DNA of 64,000 nucleotides from an uncultured Pseudobdellovibrionaceae bacterium (GTDB lineage Bacteria; Bdellovibrionota; Bdellovibrionia; Bdellovibrionales; UBA1609): NCBI GenBank assembly GCA_963803705.1, contig CAWDNU010000004.1, positions 922,403 to 986,402 of the forward strand, read 5' to 3'. Shown piece by piece: positions 1 to 9,549 of this stretch (position 1 is its first letter; each line of letters starts with the position of its first letter). The notes under the pieces were generated by a model. It saw only the letters and a program-made list of their open reading frames with translations, ran no database searches and was not told where the DNA came from. The position numbers and the translations under genes were made by a program.

Positions 1-241
1 AAATAACACGGAATAAGGACGAAGGGGCAAGCCTTTGCTGATCGACTGTGCTTAATTGGTAAAAGTATTCAGAGTTCACTGTGTATGTTTCGTCCTTGTC
101 ACTGGCACAACCCGCAATGCTTAAGAAAAACAAAGCGCCATAGACGACTAAAAAACTTTTAATTCTTAGAGCTTTTAGAATTAGTGAATGAATAAAAAAA
201 TTCAATAAAAAGCTTTGTGAAAATAATACTCGGTGATTCAT
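1..241 (-). CDS. Partial (runs off window start) putative lipoprotein
   Basis: Hand translation from ATG at 241 (GAGG SD upstream): MNHRVLFSQ...ALFFLSIAG-CASDKDETY..., open to position 1; lipobox IAGC. Confidence 0.6.
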   Translation of the reverse strand, partial: MNHRVLFSQSFLLNFFIHSLILKALRIKSFLVVYGALFFLSIAGCASDKDETYTVNSEYFYQLSTVDQQRLAPSSLFRVI

Positions 242-395
242 TAATTTTCCTCTGGAAGTCCTAGGGTAGATACTGGCTTCAAGTTTTAATGTCTATAGGA
301 ATCGGGAATTGAATCGCAATAATTCTACAATTGAAAAGGAGATGAGAGGACCATTTAAAAATCTTTATTTTTAATATGATCAAGGCTAGATAGGC

Positions 396-2366
396 GTGAT
401 GTTTAAGAGATTAAATTCTATTCCAAATTATGCACTGAAAATGTTTATAAGCCTTTCTTTGGCAATAAACATTTTTGCGATATACAGTGTTCAAGCCCAC
501 GAAACGGCAGCGAATGAATCTGTTCCTTTTGAGCGTATTTACGCCGCCATACTCGATAAAGCCGCAAACCTTGATTTCGAGGAGCTTCCAGAAAATTCCC
601 ATAATTATGAGGCTTATCTTCGTGGTTCAAAAAAGTATGTGATCGTAGGCCCAAGGCAATATGTCAAAGTCGACAATGCCTTCGAAGGGCTTGTTGAAAA
701 TATCGGTCGACTTTACTTGGCTGAATTTGAACAAGATTGTGAAGAGTGTGTTTTGCCATCCTTAGAAAGTTTAACCAATGAAGCTTTGTCTAAAGTTGCC
801 AAGGGTTGGTTTAGTGAAAATGTCAGAAAAGCCAAAGAGCTTTTAGCTTACCGATATGCTGGAGCGTTTGTGACTTTAGGTGGCCGTTATGGACCAGCGG
901 CTGGTGTGATAAAACTTGTGGGCGAGTTGATGGAAGAGATGATGCTTATTTTGTTTAAACTTCCTGGAGCTCATATTTTTTGTGAAGTGATCACTGCTGC
1001 GATCGCCATCTATGCTGGGAAAACAAATACGGTCTTAAGATCATTTGGTTTGTCGCAATACTCGAACATGTCCTTTTTAAGTCAACCCAGAGCTGTTGCT
1101 CGATTGACTGCTACTTCGTTTGTTATGAGACGCGCTTTGAAACGAATGGCTATCGGAGTTCAAAGCTTTGATATAAATCAAGAAGAGCTTGAGCACTTTG
1201 TAAAAGAAGAAAAAGAAGATAAGCTTTGGTACAGATTTAAAAACTTTCTTGGGCGTACAAATCAAAATCACCGTGTGGTTCATTTTTTAAGTTCATTGCA
1301 ACAGAAAACTGAAGCAGAGAATGCTCGTGTTAGTATTCGAAGTCGAAATAAAACCATTGGTGAAATCACAGATTTAAGTAGAAACGAAGAGACCGTGAAT
1401 GAGATGTACCTTAAAGATATGAAACTTAAGGTCTATCAAGGAAGTAGATATGGTTGGATGTTTTTTTTAAAAAGACGTAAACAAAAAGATTCCTTGTCCC
1501 AGTTTGCAGACAATAGTGCATCCGTCACAAACTCCCGCGCCTTTTGGTTAGTTGGACTAAAAAATGATATTTTGGATCCTTTAACAAATTCGAAAGCTGT
1601 TCAAGCGGATTACGATTCTCAAGCGCGCATGTCATTTAGACTTGAATTAGATACCATCACTGAAAAACAAATCAACGAGTATTCGAAAACCAATCCCGAT
1701 GGTGCTGAAGGCATTTTTAAAAGTCTTGATGCCATCACGGACTATGGATCACTTTCGATGGGTGAGCGACGTATCCAACTTGCATTCTTTCAAAGCTTTG
1801 TTGCTGAAGTGATGCCGCGACTTATGAATAAGATGGTTGAGTCAGTTTTTCATCAGTACAGTGAAGACGAAAAGAAATTAATGCGTGTGTATTCATTGTA
1901 CTATCGCGTAGGGGAAATCACCTTCTACGCTGAACAGTTGGTAGACTTTTTAAGATTTGCCGCCGTGGCTAAATCAAGTTCAGATCCTTTTTTGAAGTAC
2001 CATATTCGAGATTATTATTTAAAAATTAACGAAGCGATGTCTTTAGTGGCCTCTTTTGAGAGTTCAAGATCTCTAGACGATCTAATGAAATTATTGAACA
2101 CATTGAAAACAAAAACTAATGACTTAAAAGCCAATCGTTTTTGGATTGAGAAGAAAAATGAAATCGGTTTTTTGCCCTCTTCGCTAACGAATGTAACCAA
2201 CTATGTTTTTCACCCGTTTAGTCACCCTTCACAAAAAGTAAAAGATCGACTTCATTATTTTGAAGACCTTTACGACTTTGGAACCGATGGTTTTAAATCA
2301 AAAGAAAGATATAAACGCCCAAGATACAAATCAGGAGCACCCGCATGCGAAAGCTTATATCTTTAA
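396..2366 (+). CDS. Hypothetical exported protein (656 aa), C-terminal CESLYL
   Basis: Long ORF; signal-like segment ...LAINIFAIYSVQA; no recognised catalytic motif. Confidence 0.75.
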   Translation: MMFKRLNSIPNYALKMFISLSLAINIFAIYSVQAHETAANESVPFERIYAAILDKAANLDFEELPENSHNYEAYLRGSKKYVIVGPRQYVKVDNAFEGLVENIGRLYLAEFEQDCEECVLPSLESLTNEALSKVAKGWFSENVRKAKELLAYRYAGAFVTLGGRYGPAAGVIKLVGELMEEMMLILFKLPGAHIFCEVITAAIAIYAGKTNTVLRSFGLSQYSNMSFLSQPRAVARLTATSFVMRRALKRMAIGVQSFDINQEELEHFVKEEKEDKLWYRFKNFLGRTNQNHRVVHFLSSLQQKTEAENARVSIRSRNKTIGEITDLSRNEETVNEMYLKDMKLKVYQGSRYGWMFFLKRRKQKDSLSQFADNSASVTNSRAFWLVGLKNDILDPLTNSKAVQADYDSQARMSFRLELDTITEKQINEYSKTNPDGAEGIFKSLDAITDYGSLSMGERRIQLAFFQSFVAEVMPRLMNKMVESVFHQYSEDEKKLMRVYSLYYRVGEITFYAEQLVDFLRFAAVAKSSSDPFLKYHIRDYYLKINEAMSLVASFESSRSLDDLMKLLNTLKTKTNDLKANRFWIEKKNEIGFLPSSLTNVTNYVFHPFSHPSQKVKDRLHYFEDLYDFGTDGFKSKERYKRPRYKSGAPACESLYL

Positions 2367-2932
2367 TTTGCATCTTCAGTGCTGTTAGTTTTTCTTTCTA
2401 TAAAAAGGCTGACGGTTCCCATTCGTGCGAAACTTTTCTAGCAAAGATCAACACGGATTATCCTGAAAAATTAAGTAACACTTTAAGTAAAGCGCGCGCG
2501 ATTTTGGATAAATCTAAAAATCTTAAGTTTATTTCTAATTCTAAGTACATTCATCTTTTAGAAGATTTAGAGGAACTATCAAAGAACTTAAATAAAAAAT
2601 CTGAAAATCAAAGTTTTACGGAAATCATAAATAAGTGGAATGATTTTTCATTGATTTTGAAAAAACAAATTCAATCTTTTGAACGTTTACCAGAAATTGA
2701 GCAGAAGCTGTATTTTGAAAAAATGAAGTTACCGATTTCGTTTATGACTTCCCACTTCATCACATTCCTGGAGACTAAACATTTAAAATTTAGCTATCAA
2801 AGAATGTACTCTATCCTTAAATTCACCTCTGAATTAGAGGAAAATTCAGACCTTATTTTATTTTTGTTCGAATTCGAAAAACAGGTTCTAAAATTCTTTT
2901 CTAAAAATGAATTTATTGACTGTCTAGCTTAA
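2345..2932 (+). CDS. Hypothetical exported protein (195 aa)
   Basis: Overlaps upstream stop; GGAG SD; signal-like N-terminus followed by SCETFL. Confidence 0.65.
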   Translation: MRKLISLICIFSAVSFSFYKKADGSHSCETFLAKINTDYPEKLSNTLSKARAILDKSKNLKFISNSKYIHLLEDLEELSKNLNKKSENQSFTEIINKWNDFSLILKKQIQSFERLPEIEQKLYFEKMKLPISFMTSHFITFLETKHLKFSYQRMYSILKFTSELEENSDLILFLFEFEKQVLKFFSKNEFIDCLA

Positions 2933-3091
2933 AATAGAAAGGCCATTTTCAGCGTATTCGTAATATCAAATTTTATTTTCTGTTGTCGAAATGCTAAGGC
3001 TTTTTGAATTGACAATTTACTGCTCTGTAAAATGGTTCTGAATACTTCTTATGTGTCTTTTGGCGATAAACTGCTCGGAAATCATTTGTTA

Positions 3092-3116
3092 TTAGCTGCG
3101 CCAATAAAGTTAGACA
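3092..3116. mobile_element. Possible degenerate IS3-family terminal inverted repeat
   Basis: TTAGCTGCGCCAATAAAGTTAGACA resembles IS3/IS150-type ends; 16/25 identical to 39959-39983; lacks the canonical 5'-TG. Confidence 0.3.
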
Positions 3117-3159
3117 GCTTGTCAGATTTTCTGAACAGGCCGCTCAGCGGCTTTAAGCT

Positions 3160-3432
3160 TCAGGCGTAACCGATCTCGTGACACCATTTTCTTAATGTTT
3201 CGTATTTGATGGTGATGTTAAACTCTTCAATTAACTTTTCCCGAAGTTGGCCCATATTAAAATCAAAATAGCGCTCTTTAATTAAAGCCTGGGTGTGATA
3301 TTTTATAGCTTCTGGTATTTTTTTTTGAAAGATATTTACACAGTTGCCATGCTTAACAAGGCAAATGCCTTTTCTCTGAAAGATTTTAGATACCTTCGCA
3401 AAGTACGTTCTGAAACTTTTAAAATTTAACAC
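3160..3432 (-). pseudogene. Truncated transposase N-terminal HTH fragment (ISNCY-like)
   Basis: HGN...YFDFNMGQLREKLIEEFNITIKYETLRKW matches the N-terminal region of ISNCY/rve-type transposases; no DDE domain follows. Confidence 0.7.
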
Positions 3433-3562
3433 GCATCTAAAGTTCTAATTTAAGTTATAAGGGGCAGATAAAGCACCACAATCACTTTTTTCCCTTGCTT
3501 GCCTAGTTCACTCGTATTAACTCATAAGTAAATGTCGAATAGGTAAAACTGAGTTGCATAAC

Positions 3563-3578
3563 CGGCACAAGCTTTGCA
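3563..3578 (+). promoter_or_regulatory. Sigma-54 (-24/-12) promoter candidate
   Basis: CGGCACAAGCTTTGCA, GG-N10-GC, about 40 nt upstream of ATG 3616. Confidence 0.6.
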
Positions 3579-3615
3579 TTTCAGATAGTTTTATTCTAAT
3601 AGTAAAGGCATAAAT

Positions 3616-4866
3616 ATGAAATATTTAATTTTAACATTTTTTAGTTTGTTCACACAGCTTAGCCTAGCGATTTCACCTACTTTGTGTGAAGGCTACTTAG
3701 CTGGACAAGATATAGTTAGACCTCTGGCAACTGTGATTTCAAAATTAAAATTACCTACTCAAAAATCACCAAAAAGTCGATCAGGGGTTGACCCAACAGC
3801 TGCACTTCTAAAATCATTAAATTTCTTTCGATCTAATTTAGAATTACTGCAAGGTGGCCCTGAACTTTTCAGAATTTTTGAGTCAGGTGATAAATTAAAT
3901 GAAGATCAATTTAAATCAAGATTGGCTGAATGGGCCAAAAGCAACTTACAAGGCTACAAGCTTATTTATTTAGATGAAGTTACTGCTTATAAATTTTCTA
4001 ACAGGTATTTAAACCAAAATATTCCAATTTACGATTTCGATCAGGGCTTACTAGACGACAAGTTTTTGTTTGAACTTTATGCTGACCGAAAAATCCCGAT
4101 TTTGAATGTGGACGACCTAGTTTCTAAAATTTTGATATTAGCGCAGCCAAAACTTAGATCTGAATTTGAACGTTTAGTTAGGTTGTATCAAAAAGCTCAG
4201 GCTTTAGGTGATCAGACATTGCAAGATCAACTTCAGGTACGTACTTCCAGGTCTCAAATTTATTCGGATTCAAACCGTCTAGAATATATTTCAATTATTT
4301 TGGGTTTTCTATTGGATCAGATAGTTTTCTTAAGTCCAGATAGTGGCGGTAAACATAAACTAGTATTATTCGGATCTAAAAATTTAAACATATTTGCTCA
4401 AAACCAATTAACATCTATACCCCAGGATTTAGCCCCAGCTATTGATTTGAGTCTTGTTAGATATGCTCCTGCCCTAAGTTATTTTGAAGAGCAATGTGAT
4501 TCAAATAATCTTGCCGTACCTGATTTTTTTTCTTTTCTGGTCCAAATAAGAATATTAAACAGACCAGGTTCAAATCATTTGCGGCTGCCAGTTCTTGCGC
4601 ACAACACTATGAATCAGCTTTTATCCGGCATCAGCTTGGTTATGGTACGCTCTAACTTTGAATCTAGACGATTAAATGACCAAGGCCTTCAGGCCTGGTT
4701 AAGGCTTTCAAGCTTCTTAAATGGTGAAACAGAATTACCCATTCAACAATTGCTTAAGTATGGTTTTCGTTTTGAAATGATAAAACATTATATACAAATT
4801 GTAGAAACAGATATCGCGAAAGACGAAGGGTTAAGTCGCGTAGGTCCGGGGCCTTTGTTCGAATAG
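3616..4866 (+). CDS. Hypothetical exported protein (416 aa)
   Basis: Signal peptide MKYLILTFFSLFTQLSLA then LCEGYL. Confidence 0.75.
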   Translation: MKYLILTFFSLFTQLSLAISPTLCEGYLAGQDIVRPLATVISKLKLPTQKSPKSRSGVDPTAALLKSLNFFRSNLELLQGGPELFRIFESGDKLNEDQFKSRLAEWAKSNLQGYKLIYLDEVTAYKFSNRYLNQNIPIYDFDQGLLDDKFLFELYADRKIPILNVDDLVSKILILAQPKLRSEFERLVRLYQKAQALGDQTLQDQLQVRTSRSQIYSDSNRLEYISIILGFLLDQIVFLSPDSGGKHKLVLFGSKNLNIFAQNQLTSIPQDLAPAIDLSLVRYAPALSYFEEQCDSNNLAVPDFFSFLVQIRILNRPGSNHLRLPVLAHNTMNQLLSGISLVMVRSNFESRRLNDQGLQAWLRLSSFLNGETELPIQQLLKYGFRFEMIKHYIQIVETDIAKDEGLSRVGPGPLFE

Positions 4867-5008
4867 ACCACCTTCCTGGCTTTATGGTGCCTAATCCCGG
4901 ATTTTGAAACAGAGGGTTTTATTGGTGACAATTTAGGCTCCAGCTTAACACTCTTGTAAGATTTTATGTGCTCTTCTGCGAATGAACCAACTCTTATAAC
5001 TGATTTAT

Positions 5009-5025
5009 TGAGCACACGTCTTGCA
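5009..5025 (+). promoter_or_regulatory. Variant sigma-54-like promoter (AG instead of GG at -24)
   Basis: TGAGCACACGTCTTGCA, AG-N10-GC, about 30 nt upstream of ATG 5054. Confidence 0.35.
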
Positions 5026-5053
5026 CTTTATAGACTAATAATGGGAGCTCTAC

Positions 5054-6604
5054 ATGTCTTTAAATAAGTCTTTATCAGTGGTCTTTGTCCTTAACCTTGT
5101 TTTTACCATAACCTCCCATGCGGCAGATCTTTGTCAGTCCTATCTCAATCAGCCCTCAAAAACAGATTCTAAAACTTTAGCTGTGGTTGCTAAGACCTAC
5201 CCTGATTTATCTAAACGCCAACGAACTATGCTATTAGCTCGCACAGAAAGAACAACCCTTGAAGCCCTAGAGCAAGATTATTTGATAGAACTTATGGAAC
5301 TAGAGATTATCCATTCAAAGTTTTTTAAAGCTACTTACGATTCGGTGAGCTGGATTACATCGCCAGCTCAATTAGCACTATTTACCCCTCAAGAGGTCCA
5401 ACAGTTAGCAGTGAGAATTTATCAACGTATGGACCGCTCTTTTGAAGATAAAGATGCTGGAATAAAGGCGTTGAGCAACGTTGTGAAAGCTAGAGAGCTT
5501 TTTATGAAGCTGCCCTCCGAGTATGTTATAGATAAAATTGGAGAGGCTTTGACTTTAACTGGAGTCAAAGGCAAATTTTTAAGATATCAGGAAGAAATTA
5601 ATAGCAGGGCCGAGATATTTCAGTTATATGGTGTTATCGTTCCAATTACGGGCACTGTTATTTCATTTGTGACAGCTTTATTTACTGGAGTGAGTTATAA
5701 CGATCCGCTATATTGGAGTACAAGCACGAGCTATTCAACGGGTCTGGCTACGACAGCTATAAACTATTACTCAACAGGCATTTTAGGAGTTTCTCTTTCA
5801 GCGCTGCCTGTAGCGTTTCAAAGCACTCGAATTGGTCGCTATCTGACAAGTAGAAAGTTCACGCGATCTCACAATGAAATTAGCGGAAATACTGCGGAAC
5901 TTGAACCCTACACCCGCCTGGCTTTATTCTCAGACACGAGCCCTGGCGAACTATCAGGCCGCATTAAAGAGATTGATGCTAAAATTCCCGATGAGATTTC
6001 AAGCGATCAGAACTTAATGACTTTCGGTTCTGAGCTCACAAGTTTAAATAAGGAATTGACCCGTGTTTTTGTAAACGACTTTATGAGTTGGATGGTTGTT
6101 TACAAAGAAAATATTGAAACTAGCAAACAGAGACTTTTAGCATTAAAAGACGGAAAGGTATCTAACAGCTCCGCAATAAAAGACCCTTTAAGCACTTTAT
6201 CTAATATTTTTGTCGAGGCTGGCGAAGCGACTCGGCAGACAAATATAACAAGTCAGAAAATCTTAAGAAAATTAAACGAAGCTTTACAAGTTTTAAATGA
6301 TATGGATCAGTCAGATTTTAATGACTTTGATAAAATGGACTGGGCTCGAAAGTCTGAACATTTAAGACAAACATTAGCTATTCACAGTAATTTTAGGACA
6401 TATCTCAGCCAAGTCTACCGAACGATCTCTGATGTTTTAGCAAGCCTCGATAGCATGAACCTAGCTGAAGCGGCTGTCTATGTTAACCGTATGGGCAATC
6501 AATTAAAAAATAACTTAGAAGTAGTTCAACAGATCGAATTAGTTTTAGCGAGCCTTGATAAATTTGAGCAACAATTTGAAAGCTTAGTTGAAGTGATTAA
6601 CTAA
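5054..6604 (+). CDS. Hypothetical exported helical protein with central hydrophobic hairpin (516 aa)
   Basis: Signal peptide ...TITSHA, then LCQSYL; two hydrophobic segments mid-protein; coiled-coil-like C-terminal half. Confidence 0.75.
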   Translation: MSLNKSLSVVFVLNLVFTITSHAADLCQSYLNQPSKTDSKTLAVVAKTYPDLSKRQRTMLLARTERTTLEALEQDYLIELMELEIIHSKFFKATYDSVSWITSPAQLALFTPQEVQQLAVRIYQRMDRSFEDKDAGIKALSNVVKARELFMKLPSEYVIDKIGEALTLTGVKGKFLRYQEEINSRAEIFQLYGVIVPITGTVISFVTALFTGVSYNDPLYWSTSTSYSTGLATTAINYYSTGILGVSLSALPVAFQSTRIGRYLTSRKFTRSHNEISGNTAELEPYTRLALFSDTSPGELSGRIKEIDAKIPDEISSDQNLMTFGSELTSLNKELTRVFVNDFMSWMVVYKENIETSKQRLLALKDGKVSNSSAIKDPLSTLSNIFVEAGEATRQTNITSQKILRKLNEALQVLNDMDQSDFNDFDKMDWARKSEHLRQTLAIHSNFRTYLSQVYRTISDVLASLDSMNLAEAAVYVNRMGNQLKNNLEVVQQIELVLASLDKFEQQFESLVEVIN

Positions 6605-6683
6605 GCCTTTACCATGTTACACATAAATCCAAGATCCCGGACTGCACGTGAGCATCACAATCAGGCTCATGCACCCTCGTTGC

Positions 6684-7787
6684 CTAATTTTTTTTAGACT
6701 TTTTAGTCACTTCTTTTTCCAGGGCAGCTTTCATCTCGTCAGCTTTAGGTTCTTTTAGTATTGCAGGGTCGGATTTTATAATACCTGCGACCACTAAAAC
6801 TTTCTGCTTGATTTCAGCCATAATTTCAGGATTCTCTTTTAAGAACACTTTAGAATTTTCACGTCCTTGACCCAATCTTTCACCTTGGTAACTAAACCAA
6901 GCCCCGGCTTTATCAACGATTTCATATTTAGTTGCTAAATCTAAAATATCACCTTCAACAGAAATTCCTTGATTGTACATTAAATCGAATTCAATTTTTG
7001 CAAATGGAGGAGCCATTTTGTTTTTAACAACCTTGACAGCTGTCCTATTTCCAACAATCTCATCACCATTTTTAATGGCACCGATACGACGAACGTCAAG
7101 ACGAACTGAAGAATAAAATTTAAGAGCGTTACCACCTGTAGTGGTTTCTGGATTACCAAACATCACACCAATTTTCATTCGAATCTGGTTGATAAAAATA
7201 ACCATGGTGTTACTGCGACTAATGATTCCAGTTAACTTTCTTAAAGCCTGTGACATCAAACGAGCTTGAAGACCCATGTGACTGTCACCCATATCACCTT
7301 CAATTTCTGCCCGTGGGGTTAAAGCCGCTACCGAATCGACAACAATCACATCGATGGCTCCCGAGCGTACTAAAGTTTCAGTAATTTCTAATGCTTGCTC
7401 GCCCGTGTCTGGTTGTGAAACCAACATGTCATTTATCTTACAACCTAATCTTTCAGCGTAATTTATATCTAATGCATGCTCTGCATCGACAAAAGCCACC
7501 GTACCACCGGTTTTTTGAGCTTGAGCAATAACAGATAAAGCCAATGTTGTTTTACCCGAACTTTCAGGACCGTAAATTTCAACAATACGTCCTTTTGGCA
7601 ATCCACCAGTGCCCAATCCAATATCTAAACTAAGTGCGCCAGTGCTGACAAAAGTAATTCCGTCAGAAAGTGATGAACCGTCACCAAGGCGCATGATCGA
7701 GCCTTTACCAAATTGTTTTTCAATTGAAGATAAAGCTAGGTCTAACGATTTTGTTTTGTCTGCATTTCTATTTGGTGCTTCTTTCAT
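6684..7787 (-). CDS. recA: Recombinase RecA
   Basis: GPESSGKTT Walker [28 protein letters not shown]. Confidence 0.99.
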   Translation of the reverse strand: MKEAPNRNADKTKSLDLALSSIEKQFGKGSIMRLGDGSSLSDGITFVSTGALSLDIGLGTGGLPKGRIVEIYGPESSGKTTLALSVIAQAQKTGGTVAFVDAEHALDINYAERLGCKINDMLVSQPDTGEQALEITETLVRSGAIDVIVVDSVAALTPRAEIEGDMGDSHMGLQARLMSQALRKLTGIISRSNTMVIFINQIRMKIGVMFGNPETTTGGNALKFYSSVRLDVRRIGAIKNGDEIVGNRTAVKVVKNKMAPPFAKIEFDLMYNQGISVEGDILDLATKYEIVDKAGAWFSYQGERLGQGRENSKVFLKENPEIMAEIKQKVLVVAGIIKSDPAILKEPKADEMKAALEKEVTKKSKKN

Positions 7788-7823
7788 ATTTATATCTTCC
7801 TTTTGTTAATCTTTAAAAAGAGT

Positions 7824-8318
7824 TTAAAGTTGTGTTTTCAAAAAATCATTTAATAGCTGCCAGGCCCTTTTAGAGGATTCAAGTTGGATTTCATGGCGGT
7901 TAAGCTGCGCTCCATTAAAGCCTGTAAAAAGCTGTCTTTCAACCTTTTCAAAGTCTGGACCAACCACAGCAATAAAGACTAAGCCCACTGGCTTTTTAGT
8001 AGATCCGCCTGCGGGACCCGCAATGCCCGTAACACTAAGCGCAACGTTGGTGCTCAAAACAGACTTTGCCCCCTTTGCCATTTTGATAGCCACAACCGAA
8101 CTGACCGCACCATGATCTTGCAAATCTTTTTCAGGAACTTTTAAAACATCGGACTTAGCTTGGTTTGAATAAGAAACAACAGATCCCTTATAAACTTTGG
8201 ACACGTGGGGCAATTCTGTCAGCTGACTTGAGATCAATCCCCCTGTGCAGCTTTCTGCAAAACTAATGGTCCAATTTTTTTTCATTAATATGTCTACGAC
8301 ATCTTGTCTTAAGTTCAT
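7824..8318 (-). CDS. cinA: CinA C-terminal domain protein / NMN deamidase (PncC-like)
   Basis: AESCTGG, YSNQAK, GAVS, SVTGIAGP; directly upstream of recA. Confidence 0.9.
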   Translation of the reverse strand: MNLRQDVVDILMKKNWTISFAESCTGGLISSQLTELPHVSKVYKGSVVSYSNQAKSDVLKVPEKDLQDHGAVSSVVAIKMAKGAKSVLSTNVALSVTGIAGPAGGSTKKPVGLVFIAVVGPDFEKVERQLFTGFNGAQLNRHEIQLESSKRAWQLLNDFLKTQL

Positions 8319-8335
8319 GAGCCTCCATAGCTTAT

Positions 8336-8440
8336 TCTTTAACCTATTTCTTTAACCTATTTCTTTAACCTATTTCTTTAATCTATCTCTTTAACCTGTG
8401 TCTTTAATCTATTTTCTTTAATCTATCTCTTTAATCTAAC
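8336..8440. repeat. 13-bp tandem repeat x8 (TCTTTAAYCTATY)
   Basis: Units start at 8336, 8349, 8362, 8375, 8388, 8401 (14 nt), 8415, 8428. Confidence 0.9.
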
Positions 8441-8481
8441 TTAATTTTCACTTTTTAAATATCGTTTGAATTCTTGCTCTA

Positions 8482-8976
8482 TTAAAATGGATAAAAACTT
8501 TGAAACCGTTCCATAATCCCTAAGGGTAAAATGATAAAGTGAAAAATCATGTTAACAATTAAGCCCGCTACAATGTCATCGGCCATGACTCCGGTAGCTC
8601 CTGGCACGCGGCGATCAAAGAATGAAATTGGTGGCGGTTTTAAAATATCTAAAAGTCGAAATAGCAAAAAGCCGAAACACAGGTTCAACCCTGATATAGG
8701 TACTAAAAAAAAAGTGATCAGAACACCCATCACTTCATCGCATACAACCTCTCTGGGCTCCTTGCTGACAGAACTTTCTAAATACAGCGATATGATCCAT
8801 AAACAAAATGCGCAGTAGATAAGCGCAATTGCAAAATAGAATGGCCAGCTTAAAAAACTTAGTAAAAACACAATGATAAGACCAAAAATACTACCAAAAG
8901 TGCCCGGGGCCAATGGCATTTGGCCTAATCCAAAACATGTTACAAAACTTACAACTGGCCATTTAACTGAACTGAT
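8482..8976 (-). CDS. pgpA: Phosphatidylglycerophosphatase A (start uncertain; first ATG at 8919)
   Basis: TCFGLG..P.APGTFGS, EVVCDEVMG, FRLLDILKP, GVMADD. Confidence 0.9.
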   Translation of the reverse strand: MSSVKWPVVSFVTCFGLGQMPLAPGTFGSIFGLIIVFLLSFLSWPFYFAIALIYCAFCLWIISLYLESSVSKEPREVVCDEVMGVLITFFLVPISGLNLCFGFLLFRLLDILKPPPISFFDRRVPGATGVMADDIVAGLIVNMIFHFIILPLGIMERFQSFYPF

Positions 8977-9074
8977 TAAAACCCCCGAAAAAACTAAACT
9001 GCAGAAAATCTAAACCTCAAAATCTAGCTACCATTATTTAGCTGTTAATATGTTTTAATTCCTATTATACCTTA

Positions 9075-9521
9075 ATGATGCCGCCCATGGAATCAATACT
9101 CAATAAAATTGCTGACTATCTTGCCCGTCGAGATCATTCAGTCAAAGAAATACAAGAAAAGCTTGCACAAAAACAGATCTATGATCCTGCTGAAATCAGC
9201 GAAGCGATACAAAAAGCAATTGATAACAAATGGTTTTTACCTGAAGAAGAACTGGCTGAAAAAGTCGCCCGATCCTTATATCTTAAGAATAAAAGTTACT
9301 ATTTCATATCTAATTATCTAAAAGAAAGGGGGCTACCCAAGGTCCCATTTTCGCCAGATAAAGAAGCCAGTGCGATTGGTAAGTGCCTTGCTAAAAAGTT
9401 TGGAAACTACACTAGCTTGAATTTTGAAGATAAACAAAAAGCCATCAGACTGCTTTCAAGCCGTGGCTTTCAAAAGGAAATATGCTATAAAGTTATAGAT
9501 CAAGCTTGTCCATTGGATTAA
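9075..9521 (+). CDS. recX: Regulatory protein RecX
   Basis: YLARRDHSVKEI, LSSRGF; position between the recA cluster and alaS. Confidence 0.85.
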   Translation: MMPPMESILNKIADYLARRDHSVKEIQEKLAQKQIYDPAEISEAIQKAIDNKWFLPEEELAEKVARSLYLKNKSYYFISNYLKERGLPKVPFSPDKEASAIGKCLAKKFGNYTSLNFEDKQKAIRLLSSRGFQKEICYKVIDQACPLD

Positions 9522-9549
9522 GGTTTAAACAAAAAACAGAGATTTAAAT

